Source of the DNA: Malacoraja senta
Taxonomy: Eukaryota
Direction of reading: 5' to 3'
Assembly: GCA_038087875.1 (NCBI GenBank)
Contig: CM075988.1
Span: 9,736,001-9,800,000, forward strand
DNA: 64,000 nucleotides
Position 1 is the stretch's first letter; every line of letters begins with the position of its first letter. Below the pieces are notes generated by a model. The model had not been told where the DNA came from, made no database searches, and was given only the letters and a program-made list of their open reading frames with translations. Shown piece by piece: positions 25,790-39,059 of the stretch. The position numbers and the translations under genes were made by a program.

Positions 25790-26065
25790 AGAGATACAGC
25801 ATGGAAACAGGCCCTTTGACCCACCTGATGTGCGTCGACCATTGATTACCAGTTCACACTGGTTCTATATTATAAGTGGCCAATTAACCTACAGACCCAC
25901 AAATCTTTGGGATGTGGGAGGAAACCAGAACACTTGGAGGAAACCCATTTGGTCACAAGGATAACATGCAAACTCGGCACAGACTGCACCCAAAGTCAGG
26001 ATTAAACATGGATTTCTGGTGTTGTAAGGCAGCAGCTCTACCAGCTACACCTCTGTATGCCCCCC
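25790..26065 (-). mobile_element. HE1-type SINE
   Basis: GAGATACAGCATGGAAACAGGCCC..GGAGGAAACC..GTAAGGCAGCAGCTCTACC. Confidence 0.8.
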
Positions 26066-26409
26066 AGCCTCCATATTCACCCTCAGAGAAAACAATTTGA
26101 GTTTGTCAAAGCTCACCTTATGACTTTTGCACTCCAATTCAGGCAGTGAATTGGAGAACTTGGAAACTCCATCCTGGTGAACTTCTTCTGCACTCTTTCC
26201 CAAACCTATGCATACTTCCAATAGTGTGGTCAGCAGAAATGCACACAATACTCAAAATGTAGCCTAACCACATAGAGAAAAAGACCACTTAACCACCAAG
26301 GAACGGCCAGCCATCAAATACTTTTCTCAACAGTTAGCTGATCAGATTAGGGTCTCTGAATCTGTCAGTAGGCCCTGGACTTATTGTGTTGGAATGGCTT
26401 GATTAGGGA

Positions 26410-26712
26410 TGGTCAGCATAGCTTTGTGCGTGCGTAGGTGTGACTCACTAATTTAACTGAGGTTTTTAAAGAGTTGACCATGAGGATTGATGGCAGGGCA
26501 GTAGATGCTGTCCACATGGATATTACCAAGGTCTTTGACAAAGTCTTGCATGGTAGGCTGATTGGCAAATTTAGATCATATGGGATCCAGGGTGAGTTAG
26601 CCAACTGTATACAAAATTGGCTTCATGAAAGAGGACAGAGTGTGGTAGTAAAGGGTTGATATTTAGATTGGAAGCCTGTGATCTGTGGTGTGCCACAGGG
26701 ATCGGTGATGGG
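26410..26712 (+). mobile_element. CR1 RT fragment
   Basis: AVDAVHMDITKVFDKVLHGRL..NWL..Q.VVV..GVPQGSV. Confidence 0.85.
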
Positions 26713-26844
26713 ACTAAGGATTGTATTGCTTCTCTGGGTAACTGTGCAACAATCTCACAATGGCATGAAGTTTAAACTTCCAAGCAGTTCTGTACAATAT
26801 TCTCATTGTAGAACCCATTTATACAACAAGCACATTGCTAAATT

Positions 26845-27390
26845 TCAAAGAAGGCTCTCGACCCGAAACGTCACCTATTCCTTTTCTCCAGAGATGCTGC
26901 CTGACCCACTGAGTTACTCCAGCATTTTGTGTCTATCTTTGGTGTAAACCAGCATCTGCAGTTCCTCCCTATTCAGAAATGTCACCTGTTCATTTCCTCT
27001 AACATTTTAGAAAACATAGAACATAGAAAAATAGATGCAGGAGTAGGCCACTCGGCCCTTCGATCCAGCACCGCCATTCAATATGATCATGGCTGATCAT
27101 CTAAAACCAGTACCCCGTTCCTGCTTTCTCCCCATATCCTTTGATTCATTCAGCCTTAAGAGCCAAATCGAACTCCCTCTTGAAAACATCCAGTGAATTG
27201 TCCTCCACTGCCTTCTGTGGCAGGGAATTCCACTGTCTATCTTTGGTGTAAACCAGCACATGCAGTTCCTTCCTACACAAAAATGTCACCTGTTCATTTC
27301 CTCCACAGATGCTGCCTGACCCGTTGAGTTACTCTTGCACTTTGCGTTTTGCTCAAGATACCAATATCTGCAGTTCCTTGTGTCTCCATG
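26845..27390. mobile_element. Penelope pLTR repeats interrupted by a minus-strand CR1 3' end (27007-27233)
   Basis: CCCGAAACGTCACC pLTR; CR1 tail; about 70-bp direct duplication on the two sides of the CR1. Confidence 0.8.
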
Positions 27391-27876
27391 TTGCTGAATT
27401 CATCCAGCTTTTTTTTTTATAACACGGGCTTCTGCAAAGACTGTGATTTGTCCTCCGGTAGTTTTCTGTGTTTACATTCTTCCAAATTTCTACATGAACA
27501 GATGGCAAAAGCTTTCAAACCCCAATTCCATTTAAATCTGAGGTGTCTCATTTGAAAATTCAGCTTGTTTTGGCTGATGAATGGAATATACCCTGCTGAA
27601 TGACAGTTTGTAATAGTGCTCTTCATTTATTCTATGTTTAGTTCATATTCCATCTTTTTATATTATTTTACATATCACTCAAATGCCACTGTCAATATAG
27701 TGTGTAGAAAGAACATGCCTGATACAGTTCCAGCTCCACATCCTTGACTAGTTTGAACGAAGCATATTAAATAGCAATTATCCAGGCAGAATATACTTTA
27801 CTGAACACCCACACAAGCAGTGGGGTACAGTATATGGTAATTCAGCCTCTAACTGGAGAGCTTCACATTTTCACAG

Positions 27877-28042
27877 ATAGACACAAAAAGCTGGGGTAAC
27901 CCTTATGGGGTTTGAAGATGGGTCTCGACCCAAAACGTCACCTACTCCTTTTCTACAGAGATGCTGTCTGACCCACTGAGTTACCCCAGCTTTTTGTGTC
28001 TATCTTCGGTTTAAATCAGCATCTGCAGTTCCTTCCTGCACA
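27877..28042 (+). mobile_element. Penelope pLTR with short inverted 5' arm
   Basis: ATAGACACAAAAAGCTGGGGTAAC and its reverse complement GTTACCCCAGCTTTTTGTGTCTAT. Confidence 0.8.
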
Positions 28043-28841
28043 GTTCCATTGTTCTTTGTTTTCATTCCAGTTTTCCAGAATCTGCAAGTATTGTCTTGAT
28101 CTTAAATTTGCCAGCAAGCCATGACAGATGTACTGGAAATAACTCTTCTTATGAACACATTCACACTAATTCAGAGTCTTTCTCCCCCTATTTTTTAAAA
28201 ATAATCTTTCTTTTCTAATACTTATCCAATTGCTTTATATTCGACGTTATAGTCTCTGCCTCATTACCACTTCTCATAAAACATTCCATGCTCCGACAAT
28301 CTTCTGCGTGATAGAGTTTATTTTAATTATCTCTTCAATTTTCCATTGGTAATCTGCTATGTCTCCTCTCAGTGCACTTAGCTGCTAAAACCTGTCATTT
28401 TGAAAACCTCTCAGATCGTCCTTAACATTCCCTGTTTCACTTAATACCTTGATTTTCCAAGCTGTTTTTCGCAACAGCGAAACCTTATGTTCCGTGTATC
28501 ATTCCTGCGAACTGACTGCAAATCGTAACAAACAAAAGGCTGTTTAAATAAACTTTGCTATTCAATATAATCACAGCTATCTTAACACCATACTCCAGCC
28601 CACTCACCAGTCAAGGTATGTATTTGTGTCTCCAAATATATCTCATCTCTTTCTTGACATTTGATCACCGTTCCAAGAAATGAATGTCAACAGAAAGGAT
28701 GCGTGGAAAAAATAACCTTTGTCATTGTTTGTAAGGTATTTTCTATTTTCTAATTCCTTAATAAACAACATTACACCAATCCTATCCTCACCCATTTTAT
28801 GCTTCACACATTCCCACCTGCCATCTTATTTACACGCTGTC

Positions 28842-29800
28842 TGGCAGCATAGTGGCGTGGCGGTAGTTGCTACCTTATAGCTCCAGATACACAGGTTCAA
28901 TCCTGACAGTGGGTGCTGTCTGTACGGAATTTGTTTGTTCTTCCTGTGGCTGCGTGCGTTTTCTCTGGATGCTTTGGTTTCCACCCGCACTCCCAAAATG
29001 TACAGGTTTTTAGGTTAAATGGCTTTAATAACTTTGTGAATTGTCCGATAGTGTATATTGTCTAATGTGTAAGATAGTGTTAGCGTACAGGGCAATCGCT
29101 GGAAAACACGGACTCGGTGGACCGAGGGCCCTGTTTCCGCGTTGTATCTCTGAAGTCGAAAGTGCAGCAATTTTAAAGATCCCTCTTCACATATCAGAGA
29201 ACTTGGAGGTGCAGTGTGGAAATCAAAGGGCCATGGGTAATTGAGAATGGAAAGGAGAGAAATAGTGAAAGGATTACATCAGTGGGTGGCCTGACTGTGT
29301 TCCATGTTGCATTTAGGCCAGTGACAAGGTTTATGGGTACAGTTTGCAGTTCCTTGTACATTAGTGTTGTGATCTTCATCAGCACTGCATGCCTACCAAA
29401 TGGCAATACACGGAAACCAATGTGTGGGAGATAGTAACAACACAAGAGATGCCCAAATGAGGATCCTTTAGTTCATCCAAGACTCCTGTCTTACACTATT
29501 TCCTCTTGATTAAATTGTGAGTGAACAATAAAGTTATAAATCTCAAACTATTGATCCAGTTTCTGTCAATAAGTCAGAAGCGAGAGGAATGCACCATCAT
29601 CACATGCTCTAAGTACAACAGGGAAATGAACCCAAACCCAAACCAGTGAGAATCACAACAGGAGGTGTCCAGTGCAATTTGCCAAAGGGTGAATCAACCA
29701 CTGAAATGGATGCAATCATTTCAAATGGACACAAAACATATTTCATGCATGATTTACACACAAAAAGCTGTCAGTTTCTTCTCCTAATCTGCTTTCTGGG
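28842..29800 (+). repeat. Copy 1 of an old local duplication (SINE plus about 630 bp of unclassified sequence)
   Basis: Colinear similarity with 33040-33494, 35256-35414 and 35817-36110. Confidence 0.85.
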
Positions 29801-30605
29801 CTATCGTCAGAGACCAGTGGAAAAATGATTTGCATGATAGTCGAGTTTTCAATCCGCAAGAGAAAGAAAATGCATTAATGTTTTTTTTTTAGTACAAAGA
29901 GTACAGAGGTACAGAGGTGAGGTGAAAGGACAAGTTCAGAGAAGTGTAGAACGGAATAGCACATCACTTGGATTCTTGTAGATGTTATTTACATTAAATA
30001 CTATGTATAAAGTAGCAAGTGTAAGCTTGTTAAATTCAAATGGAATGAAGACAGAGGGCAGAGGGCGCAATTGACAAACTCAAGAGAATGTAGATCAGCC
30101 ATACGACTGAAAAGGCAAACTGAATTTCATCGAAAGAGTCCGCTATTGCAGTGAATTAAGAATGGATTTACAAAGTGTTACTGTGTATTATCAACAGGAA
30201 CATTTAATGTTAAGATACCATGTTGAAGGAATTAAATAAGTAAATTGAATTCTGGGATATTTAGGCAGGATATCGAAGTATAAATCAACAGAGATTATGC
30301 CACTGTTCTCAAGCGCACTCATCCATTTAGAATGCAGGGTAGAGTTTATGATTGATAGGTTTATTACAACTCAAATGGCTTTGTGAGCTGAGCTCAGATA
30401 TTACAGGTACAAAGACATCCATATAACATCCAGAGAGAGCAAATGAGCAACTTCAGATCAACATGTACAGACAGAACTACTTACGGGGTAATATAGCCAT
30501 TGGAGAAGTGATAGAGAAGTAAAACAAAAGGGATTCTAGGTGTAAAGCAAATGAGCTGCAAGAAAAATGAGAGGTTTTTATATTTCTTTGTAAAGATAGA
30601 CACAT

Positions 30606-32287
30606 TTAGAAACATAGAAACATAGAAAATAGGTGCAGGAGGAGGCCATTTGGCCCTTCGAGCCAGCACCACCATTCATTGTGATCATGGCTGATCGTCC
30701 ACAATCAGTAACCCGTGCCTGCCTTCTTCCCATGTGCCTTGATTCCGCTAGCCCCTAGAGCTCTATCTAACTCTTTTAAATTCATCCAGTGAATTGTCCT
30801 CTGCTGCCTTCTGTGCCAGAGAATTCTTCAAATTCACAACTCTCTGGGTGAAAATGTTTTTTCTCATCGTAGTTTTAAATGACTTCACCTTTATTCTTAG
30901 ACTGTGGCCCCTGGTTCTGGACTCCCCCAACATTGGGAACATTTTTCCTGCATCTAGCTTGTCCAGTCCTTTTATAATTTTATATGTTTCTATAAGATAA
31001 CCTCTCATCCTTCTAAATTCCAGTGAATACAAGCCCAGTCATTCCAATCTTGCCTCATTTGACAGTCCCGCCATCCCGGGGATTAACCTCGTGAACCTAA
31101 GCTGCACTGCCTCAATAACAAGGATGTCCTTCCTCAAATTAGGAGACCAAAACAGCACACAATACTCCTGATGTGGTCTCACCAGGGCCCTGTACAACTG
31201 CAGGACCTCTTTACTCCTATACTCAAATCCTCTCGTTCTGATGGCCAACATGCCATTAGCTTTCTTCACTGCCTGTTGTACCTGCATGTTTACTAGGTCT
31301 TGTTGCACTTCCCTTTTTCCTAATCTGACACCATTGAGATATTAATCTGCCTCCTTGTTCTTGCCGCCAAAGTGGATAACCTCACATTTATCTACATTAT
31401 ACTGCATCTGCAATGCATCTGCCCACTCACTCAACCTGTCCAAGTGACCCAGCATCCTCTTCGCAGTTCACATTGTCTCTCAGCTTTGTGTCATCTGCAA
31501 ATTTGCTAGTGCTACTTTTAATCCCATCATCTAAATCATTAATATGTTTTGTAAAGAGTAGCGGCCCCAGCACAGAGCCTTGCGGCACTCCACTCGTCAC
31601 TGCCTGCCATTCTGACAGGGACCCGTTTATTCCTACACACTTTCACATGTTTAAACTATAATGTTTTATTCTTAATATTTTAATGTTTTATGTTTTATTC
31701 TTAATTGTTTACTGTATGTCGTGTTGTTACTTGTGAGCGGAGCACAAAGGCAAATTCCTTGTATGTGTACATACTTGGCCAATAAGTTTATTCATTCATT
31801 CATTCTTTGTTTTCTGTCTGCCAACCAATTCCATGTAAATACCCTACACCCAATACAATGTGCTCTGATTTTACCCACTAATCTCCTGTGTGGGAACTTA
31901 TCAAAGGCTTTCTGAAAGTCCAGATACACTACATCCACTGGCTCTCCTTCATCCATTTTACTTGTCACATCCTCAAAAAATTCCAAAAGATTAGTTAGGC
32001 AGTACTTCCCCTTCATAAATCCATGCTGACTTGGTCCAATCCCTTCACTGCTATCCAAATGCGCCATTATTACTTCTTTAATAATTGACTCCAGCATCTT
32101 CCCCAACACTGATGTCAGGCTATCTGGTCTATAATTTCCCATTTTGTCTCTTGCTCCTTTCTTGAAAAGTGGGATAACATTAGATACCCTCCAATCCACA
32201 GGAACTGATCCTGAATCTATAGAACATTGGAAAATGATCACCAATGCGTCCACGCATTCTTGAGCCCCTCCTTGAGTACCCTGGGGT
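30606..32287 (-). mobile_element. CR1/HER1 LINE, about 1.5 kb of decayed ORF2, with a nested LINE 3' end at about 31635-31805
   Basis: GNYRPDSLTSVLGK..QHGFMKG..VYLDFQKAFDK, GVPQGSVLGP and FADD on the reverse strand; the nested piece ends in CAATAAG and (ATTC)n. Confidence 0.93.
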
Positions 32288-32325
32288 GCTTTGAAGTGAT
32301 TACATTGAGGAACAAATTAAATACA

Positions 32326-32492
32326 ATAGACACAAAATGCTGGAGTAATTCAGTAACTCAGTTCTTCAGACTGAAGAAGGGTCTCGACCCGAAACGTTAC
32401 CTATTCCTTGTCTCCATAGATGCTGCTTATCTCGCTGAGTTACTCCAACATTTTGTGTCTATCTTTGATTTAAACCAGCATCTGCAGTTCCT
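32326..32492 (+). mobile_element. Penelope pLTR with inverted arm and intact hammerhead-like core
   Basis: TTCTTCAGA-CTGAAGAAGGGTCTCGACCCGAAACGTT at 32362-32398. Confidence 0.8.
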
Positions 32493-33039
32493 TCAACCAA
32501 ATTAAATACAATGCCAGCTGTGGTTTAATGCTAGCATTCTGACTTCACAGTCAGAGGGTCATGCTGCAAGCCTGTCTCTGGAGATATCAGCACAAAGCCC
32601 CGGACTACAGTTCAGACAAGCACTGAGAATAGGCAAACACATCAGATTTCAAATTTCAAATGAACCATTTTATTCAAGCGTTCACCTCCGCTCTCAGGTA
32701 TACTTGGAAACTTAGAACCAAGCATAAGAACAGGCCCTTCGACCCACAACATCTGTGCCGAGCATGATGACAAGTTAAATAATCTCCCGTGCCTGAATGT
32801 GATCCACATCCCTCCATCCCCTGCATCTCCATGTCCCTATGTAAAAGCCTCTTTATTGCTACTGTTGTACCTGATTCCACCCCTACTCGTAGCATGTTTC
32901 ACCATTCTCTGTGTAAAAAATGCCTTGCACATCTCCTTTAAACTTTGCTCCTCTTACCTTAAAGCTATGCCCTCTAGTCCTTGTCATTTCAACCCTGGGG
33001 AAAAATCAAAGACTAGAAGGCATAGCTTTAAGGTGAGAG

Positions 33040-33326
33040 GGGCGGTACAATGGTGCAGCAGTAAAGTTGCTGCCTTACAGCACCAGAGACCCAGGTTCGT
33101 TCCTGACTACAGGTGCTGTGTGCAAGGAGTTTGTACGTTCTCCCTGTGACTACATGGGGTTTTTCCGGCTGTGCGGTTTCCTCCCACACTCCAAAGATAT
33201 ACTGGTTTTTAGGTTAATTGACTTCAGTGACATTGTAAATTTTCCCTAGTGTGCAGAGTCGCTGGTCAGCATGGACTCGATAGGCCAAAGGGCCTGTTTC
33301 CATGCTGTATCTCTAAAGTCTAAAGT
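33040..33326 (+). mobile_element. HE1-type SINE (part of duplication copy 2)
   Basis: Head, V core and TAAAGTCTAAAG tail, as in 28842-29162. Confidence 0.85.
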
Positions 33327-33494
33327 GAACCAGTGTTAAGGATCTCTCTTCACACATCAGAGAACTTGGAGTGTGGAAATCAAAGGGCTATGGGGAATTG
33401 AGAAAGGAATACAGTGTTGTGGAGTATGATGTGACTCCCTAGATCAGGTAGCTTGAATGGGTACCATGTTGCATTTGGGCCAGTCACAAGGTTT

Positions 33495-35241
33495 TTTTTT
33501 TTTTTTTTTTTTATTTTTATTTTTTTTTTTTTTTAATTTTTTATTTTTTAGAAGTACGGTAGATTACAGTAATGTACAACACGTATATATTAATACATTT
33601 TTTGTACCGCTTCACTTTTTTAAACTTTAAAAAAGAAAAAGAAAGAAGTAAGAAAAGTGAAGAAAGTGCGCAAAGGTTGTGAAGTGCAAAAGAGTGTTGG
33701 GAAAAGAAAGCCCCTTAGAAAAGAGGTTAGAGAAGGAAGTAAAGTTAGAAAATAGACCCTAGAAAAAAAAGAGAAAGAAAGAAGGAACAATCGCTCTATT
33801 ATGACTCTTATACCATACTTCATAGAGAAGGAACTACCAACCAAGTCTATTTTTATTTTACCTCCCATTACCAGGTCCAGATACCTTTTATTTATTTATT
33901 TGTTTTTCTAAATTACTATTGCACCTCATGCTTGTAATAGGTCCAAAAACGTAGACCACGTCTTTTGAAATTGATCTGCTTTGCCTACTAGGAGGAATCT
34001 CATCTCTTCCAGATGTAATGTTTCCAACATATTTGATGTCCACATTTTTATTGTTGGTGTGGGCGCATTTTTCCAGAATTTAAGTATAAGCTTTTTTCCC
34101 ATTATTAGCCCATAATTGAGTAAATTCTTCTGATACACGTTTAATTCAGGAATACCTTCCGATATTCCAAAAATAATCCATTCTGGTTTTGGTACCAGTT
34201 TTATTTTGATTAATTTTGAAAAAATATCAAATATTTCAAACCAGAATTTTTGGATTTTTGTACAAAAAACAAAAGAATGTGCTATGGTAGCTTCTTGACA
34301 TATACATTTATCACAGATTGGTGAGACGTTAGGAAAGATTTTATTTAGTTTGGTTTTTGAATAATATAATCTATGTAATGTTTTAAATTGGATAAGCGTA
34401 TGTCGTACGTTGATCGAGCATTTATGCACCTGTAATAAATGATTATCCCAACTCTCTTTTGAAATTTTTATACCTAGATCTTGTTCCCAATCTCTTCTAA
34501 TTCCATCTGTTGTGGGTATTTCTATATTTAAAATGATATTATATAAGTATGATATTAAATTAGCTGATTCCGCCTTTGTCTTCATTGCTTCATCTAGTAA
34601 GTCGGAAGGCATATTATAATAATCTTTTGTGTGTGTTTTCAAATAGTCACAGATTTGTATATATTTAAAATATTGATTATTTTTCAAATTATATTTCAGT
34701 TGTAGTTGTTGGAATGATAGTAATTTTTCTAATTCATACAGATCTTCGAGCGTTTTAATTCCCATTCTTTCCCATTGTATAAATGCTTTATCTATGATTG
34801 AAGGTTTAAACGATGGGTTATTGACTATTGGTATTAAGAGAGATAGGTTTCTTAATTTTAGATTCTGTTTTATTTGCTTCCATGTTCTAATAGTGCTATA
34901 TATAATTGGATTTTTATTATAATTTTTATTATTCAAGTTTATTGGAGAGAGAATAATCGCTCCTATATTATTCGGGGAGCAATCCCCTTTTTCCATTATA
35001 ATCCAGTCCACCTGCTGGGCAGAATTGTCCAGCAGGTGAATCATATTTTTAATATTTACTGCCCAGTTATAATACATAAAGTTAGGGAGCGCTAGACCCC
35101 CCAACTCTTTTCGTTTGTTAAGGTGTGTTCTTTGTATTCTGTGGGATTTGTAATCCCATATAAAATTTGTAATGTCTGAGTCCAGTTTTTTGAAAAACTT
35201 TTTTGGGAGATATATAGGTATTGATTGAAATAGGTAAAGGA
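33495..35241 (-). mobile_element. L1-clade LINE, 5'-truncated, young
   Basis: Open ORF of about 435 aa to the stop at 33926 (LYLFQSIP..GGLALPNF..Cys/His motif CDKC..H..C..FW); poly(A) tail at 33495-33550; perfect TSD CAGTCACAAGGTTT at 33481-33494 and 35242-35255. Confidence 0.95.
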
Positions 35242-35414
35242 CAGTCACAAGGTTTATAGGTCACAGTTTGCAGTTCCTTGAACATTAGTATTCATCAGCA
35301 CTGCCTGCCAAATTGCAATACATAGAAACCAATGTGTGGGAGATAGTAACGACACAAGAGATGCCCTAATGATAATCCTTTAGTTCATCCAAGGCTCTTG
35401 TTTTTACATTATTT

Positions 35415-35816
35415 ACAAGATACAAGATACATTTATTTGTCACATGTGCCAGTTGGCACAGTGAAATGTGTGGTCACCATACAGCCGTACAATAAAAATA
35501 AACAACACAACACACGATAGAGTTCAACATAAAACATCCCCACACAGCAGAATCAAAGTTAGCCACTGTGAGGGAAGGCACCAAAGTCAGTCATCTTCCT
35601 CTAATGTTCCCCAATGTTCACCCGTGGTCGGGGCCTCCCTGAGCCCACCGCAGTCGCCGCTACGGGCGGCCCGATGTTCAGGCCCGCTCGCCAGGGTGAT
35701 GTAAGTCTGACGTCGGGGCTGGGGGACCTCAGCGGCCTGGACATCAGAGTCGGCCACCTCCTACCGGAGTCCGTGGCTCCCAAAGTCCGCAGGCCACGCT
35801 GGGCGGAGATTCAACG
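35415..35816 (-). mobile_element. Non-autonomous Rex-like bipartite LINE derivative
   Basis: Absent from duplication copy 1; CpG-rich body, TGCCTTCCCTCACAGTGG motif, GACAAATAAATG and (TATCTTG)n tail on the reverse strand. Confidence 0.7.
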
Positions 35817-36478
35817 CTCTTGTTTAAATTGTGAATGAACAATGAGGGTTTTAATTCTCAAACTATTGATCCAGTTTCTCTCGATAAATCAGAAGCGGGA
35901 AGAATGCATCATCATCATATGCTCTAGGTTCAACAGGGAGATGAACCCAAACCAGTGAGAATCATAACAGGAAGTGCCTGGTACAATTTGCCAGGGGTGA
36001 ATCTTCCACTAGAAATGGATGCAATCATTTCAAAATAGGCCCAAAACATGTTTCATGCATGATTCACATGCAGAATCTGTCAGTTTTTCTCCTAATCTGG
36101 TTTCTAGGCTCACGCTGGGCCAAAGGGCTTGTTTTCACACTGTATCTTTAGTCTAAAGTCTAAAGGGTAATGTTTTAGGGAGATGTGTAGGACAACATTT
36201 TATGCAGAGGGTTTTGGGTGCCTGGAACGTGCTCCCAGGAGTGGCAGTGGTGGTGTATGCAACAGCGGCATTTGGGAGGCATTTGGATACATGAGGATAC
36301 ATGCTTCATTCAACCTCGATTTGCACATGGATTTGTACTTGGATATGCAGTGAATTGAATCGTGTGCAGGCAGATGAGATTAGTTTAACTTGGCATCATG
36401 CTCGGCACAGCAACTGTGGGCCAAAGAGTCTGATATTGTGCTGTACTACATTCTATGCTCTCTGTAAGTGATTGTCAC

Positions 36479-37282
36479 CAATTATCCTATAGCGAGCAAG
36501 ATAGTCCACTCCTGCTAAATCCAATGGCTGACGTGTAGTACGCAACGGAGCGGAATGTGGCCCATTTCTTCGGCCATTTCAGTAACCCAACCCGACTTTG
36601 TATTTCCCTCTCGCAGTGTAATCAACATTGCAGGGGAACAGTTTGTGTTAATACATTATAATTCTGTTAATTTTCTTTTTTAAATGTGTTTTCTTAATTA
36701 TATTTTTTTTAATGTTTTTTTTAAATTCTTTTTAAATTGCTCATGTGCTGTGTTTTATTCAGCGACCATACAACTGATTAGATTGTGTAGAAAAGAACAC
36801 ACATACACACATATATGAATGTGATATAGATGTGTATAATCATCTAACACACACATATATATTTCTCCGGATTTTTATATATAATGATGAACTTTATTTT
36901 GGACTCAAGACCCAGACAAGGGACAACATTACATAAAAATACATTGCAAATCTCCCCGCAACTTTACCCTGGCATCCCAGCTGTGCTGATCCGGGCCAGA
37001 CTTTCCACACGCTGTGAAGGAACATAGGCATCTTTTTGCTTTTTATTGTGAGGCAGAAAGAAAATGAGGAGAAGATTTTTACCAAAGATCTTTGATTTTT
37101 ACGAGGATGTTTCCGTTACCGGCTTCCGGCTCCGCACTAGTATATTTGGTCGCTATGGGAACTTTGGTGCGGGGACGGAAGCCGGTTACGGAAATGGGGC
37201 CGAAAATTACCCATGAATCTGCCCATGACCGTACTACGTCTTTTTCGTCGAGTGAACTATCTTGCTCGCTATAGGATCTTTG
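36479..37282. mobile_element. Non-autonomous DNA transposon with 8-bp TSD (hAT- or P-type)
   Basis: TIR ATCCTATAGCGAGCAAGATAGTCCACTC / GAGTGAACTATCTTGCTCGCTATAGGAT; ends CA..TG; TSD ATTGTCAC at 36471-36478 and 37283-37290. Confidence 0.88.
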
Positions 37283-37593
37283 ATTGTCACCTTTCAGGAT
37301 ATGAATTGTGACTGTCAGTGAACTTTGTGTTAATTGCTTGTGGTGCACCAACCTAGAAATACACCTGAGGAGCACGTGTCGGGAGATTGATATTTCATTC
37401 TGGATTAGTCACATTTTCCATCTCTTGATACAATACAAAATAAATTGTAAATATAATGAAATAATTGCATTTATCTAGCATCCTTCAAGACTCTAGATCA
37501 CTTTACAATCATGTGATTCAATCACAATTATAATATAAGGAATGTAGCGAACAACATTGATATTCTATGGCATAACATTAAAGATCACATATT

Positions 37594-37910
37594 AGGGTGG
37601 CATGATGGCACAGCAGTAGAGTTGCTGCCTTACAGTACTTACAGCGCCAGAGACCCGGGTTCGATCCCGACTACAGGTGCTGTCTGTAAGGAGTTTGTAA
37701 GTTCTCCCCATGACAATGTGGGTTTTCTATGAGATCTTCGGTTTCCTCCCACAGTCCAATGACGTACAGGTTTGAAGGTTAATTGGATCATCAGAAATGT
37801 AAATTATCCATAGTGTGTGTAGGATTGTGTTAAGGTGTGGGTCACTGGTCGGCACGGACCCGATGGGTCAAAGGACCTGTTTCCGCATTGTATCTCTAAA
37901 CTGAACTAAA
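37594..37910 (+). mobile_element. HE1-type SINE
   Basis: Head with GGTTCGATCCC, core and tail. Confidence 0.9.
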
Positions 37911-39059
37911 ACACAAAGTGATGGAGTAACTCAGCGGATCAGGCACCATCTCTGGAGGACATGGATAGGCGACCTTTCAGGTGGGGATCCATGTTCAGAA
38001 AGTAGAAAGCTAAAGCCAGTGAGCTTGGGGCAGCCTCTAGTTAATCTGGGAGCCTAATTAAATAGAAAGACCAAAGAATGTTGTTAAAGGATAGGCATTA
38101 TAAAAGAGTTAACTGCCAGGGATTTGTGGAAATTGGGAAAGTAGGCTTGACAGTTGGGGATGGGTGGGGCAGGGTGAGGTTTGGTGATCATGGCTTGCTG
38201 GTTTAGATTAGTTTAGTTTAGAGATACGGCACAGAAACAGAGCCTTTGGCCCACCGAGTCCGCTCTGACAGCAAACCCCGTGTGCTCGGCACACTTTACA
38301 ATTTTTACCGAAGCCAAATTAACCCACAAACTTGGAAGACAAAGTACAAAAATCACACATGGTACTCATCAAGTGTGTGATTTTTCAGTTACATTTCACA
38401 TTGCATTGATTTGCAGCAAAAACATAACCCCCTCGTGATCCGATTCCTCGACATAAAGACGTGAATTCAATAGAATTTCAGACCTAAGTTTCACTGACGG
38501 CCTAATTATTAATATGTGGTCCCTGAGCCACTTGCATATCCTTAATAATTTGAGCATAGCATTGACAAATGACATCCACCAGAATCGATTGGCTGCACTA
38601 CGATAGAGGCTACTGCGTATTCAGGCTGCGACTCTAATGAGCTTACTTCACACTGATGCTGAACACTCCACTGACCTTCCCGTAGAAATTGTAGCCTGGA
38701 GAAACTACTGAAAACTAAAGGGGAGATAATAATAACCAAATCTAGGTTGGAAAGAAGAAATGCAGAAAGATGTAATTTGGTCCAAATGCCCCCTTGACTT
38801 TATACTCCCACTCTAATTGTCTCATTCAACCTTGCTGTCCCACTCCTCCCTCCAATTCTGTCATTATTCTACCTCCCTGTAAATGCAAGCCTGCTGTCAA
38901 CTTCAAACACACCCAGCTTGTTCTATATTTTCATGATGGTGAGTGCCGAGGAAATGTTTCTGGACTTATTTAATCTGTTAGTGACCACCTTATGTTTCTC
39001 GACCTTTGTTTTTCACTCACTCACAGCAAATAAGAGTCACCCAATGCCCGAGAGTTGGG

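Noticed and set aside
38348..38385. Small hairpin AAAAATCACAC..GTGTGATTTTT
   Set aside because: Too short for a pre-miRNA, and such a stem is plausible by chance.
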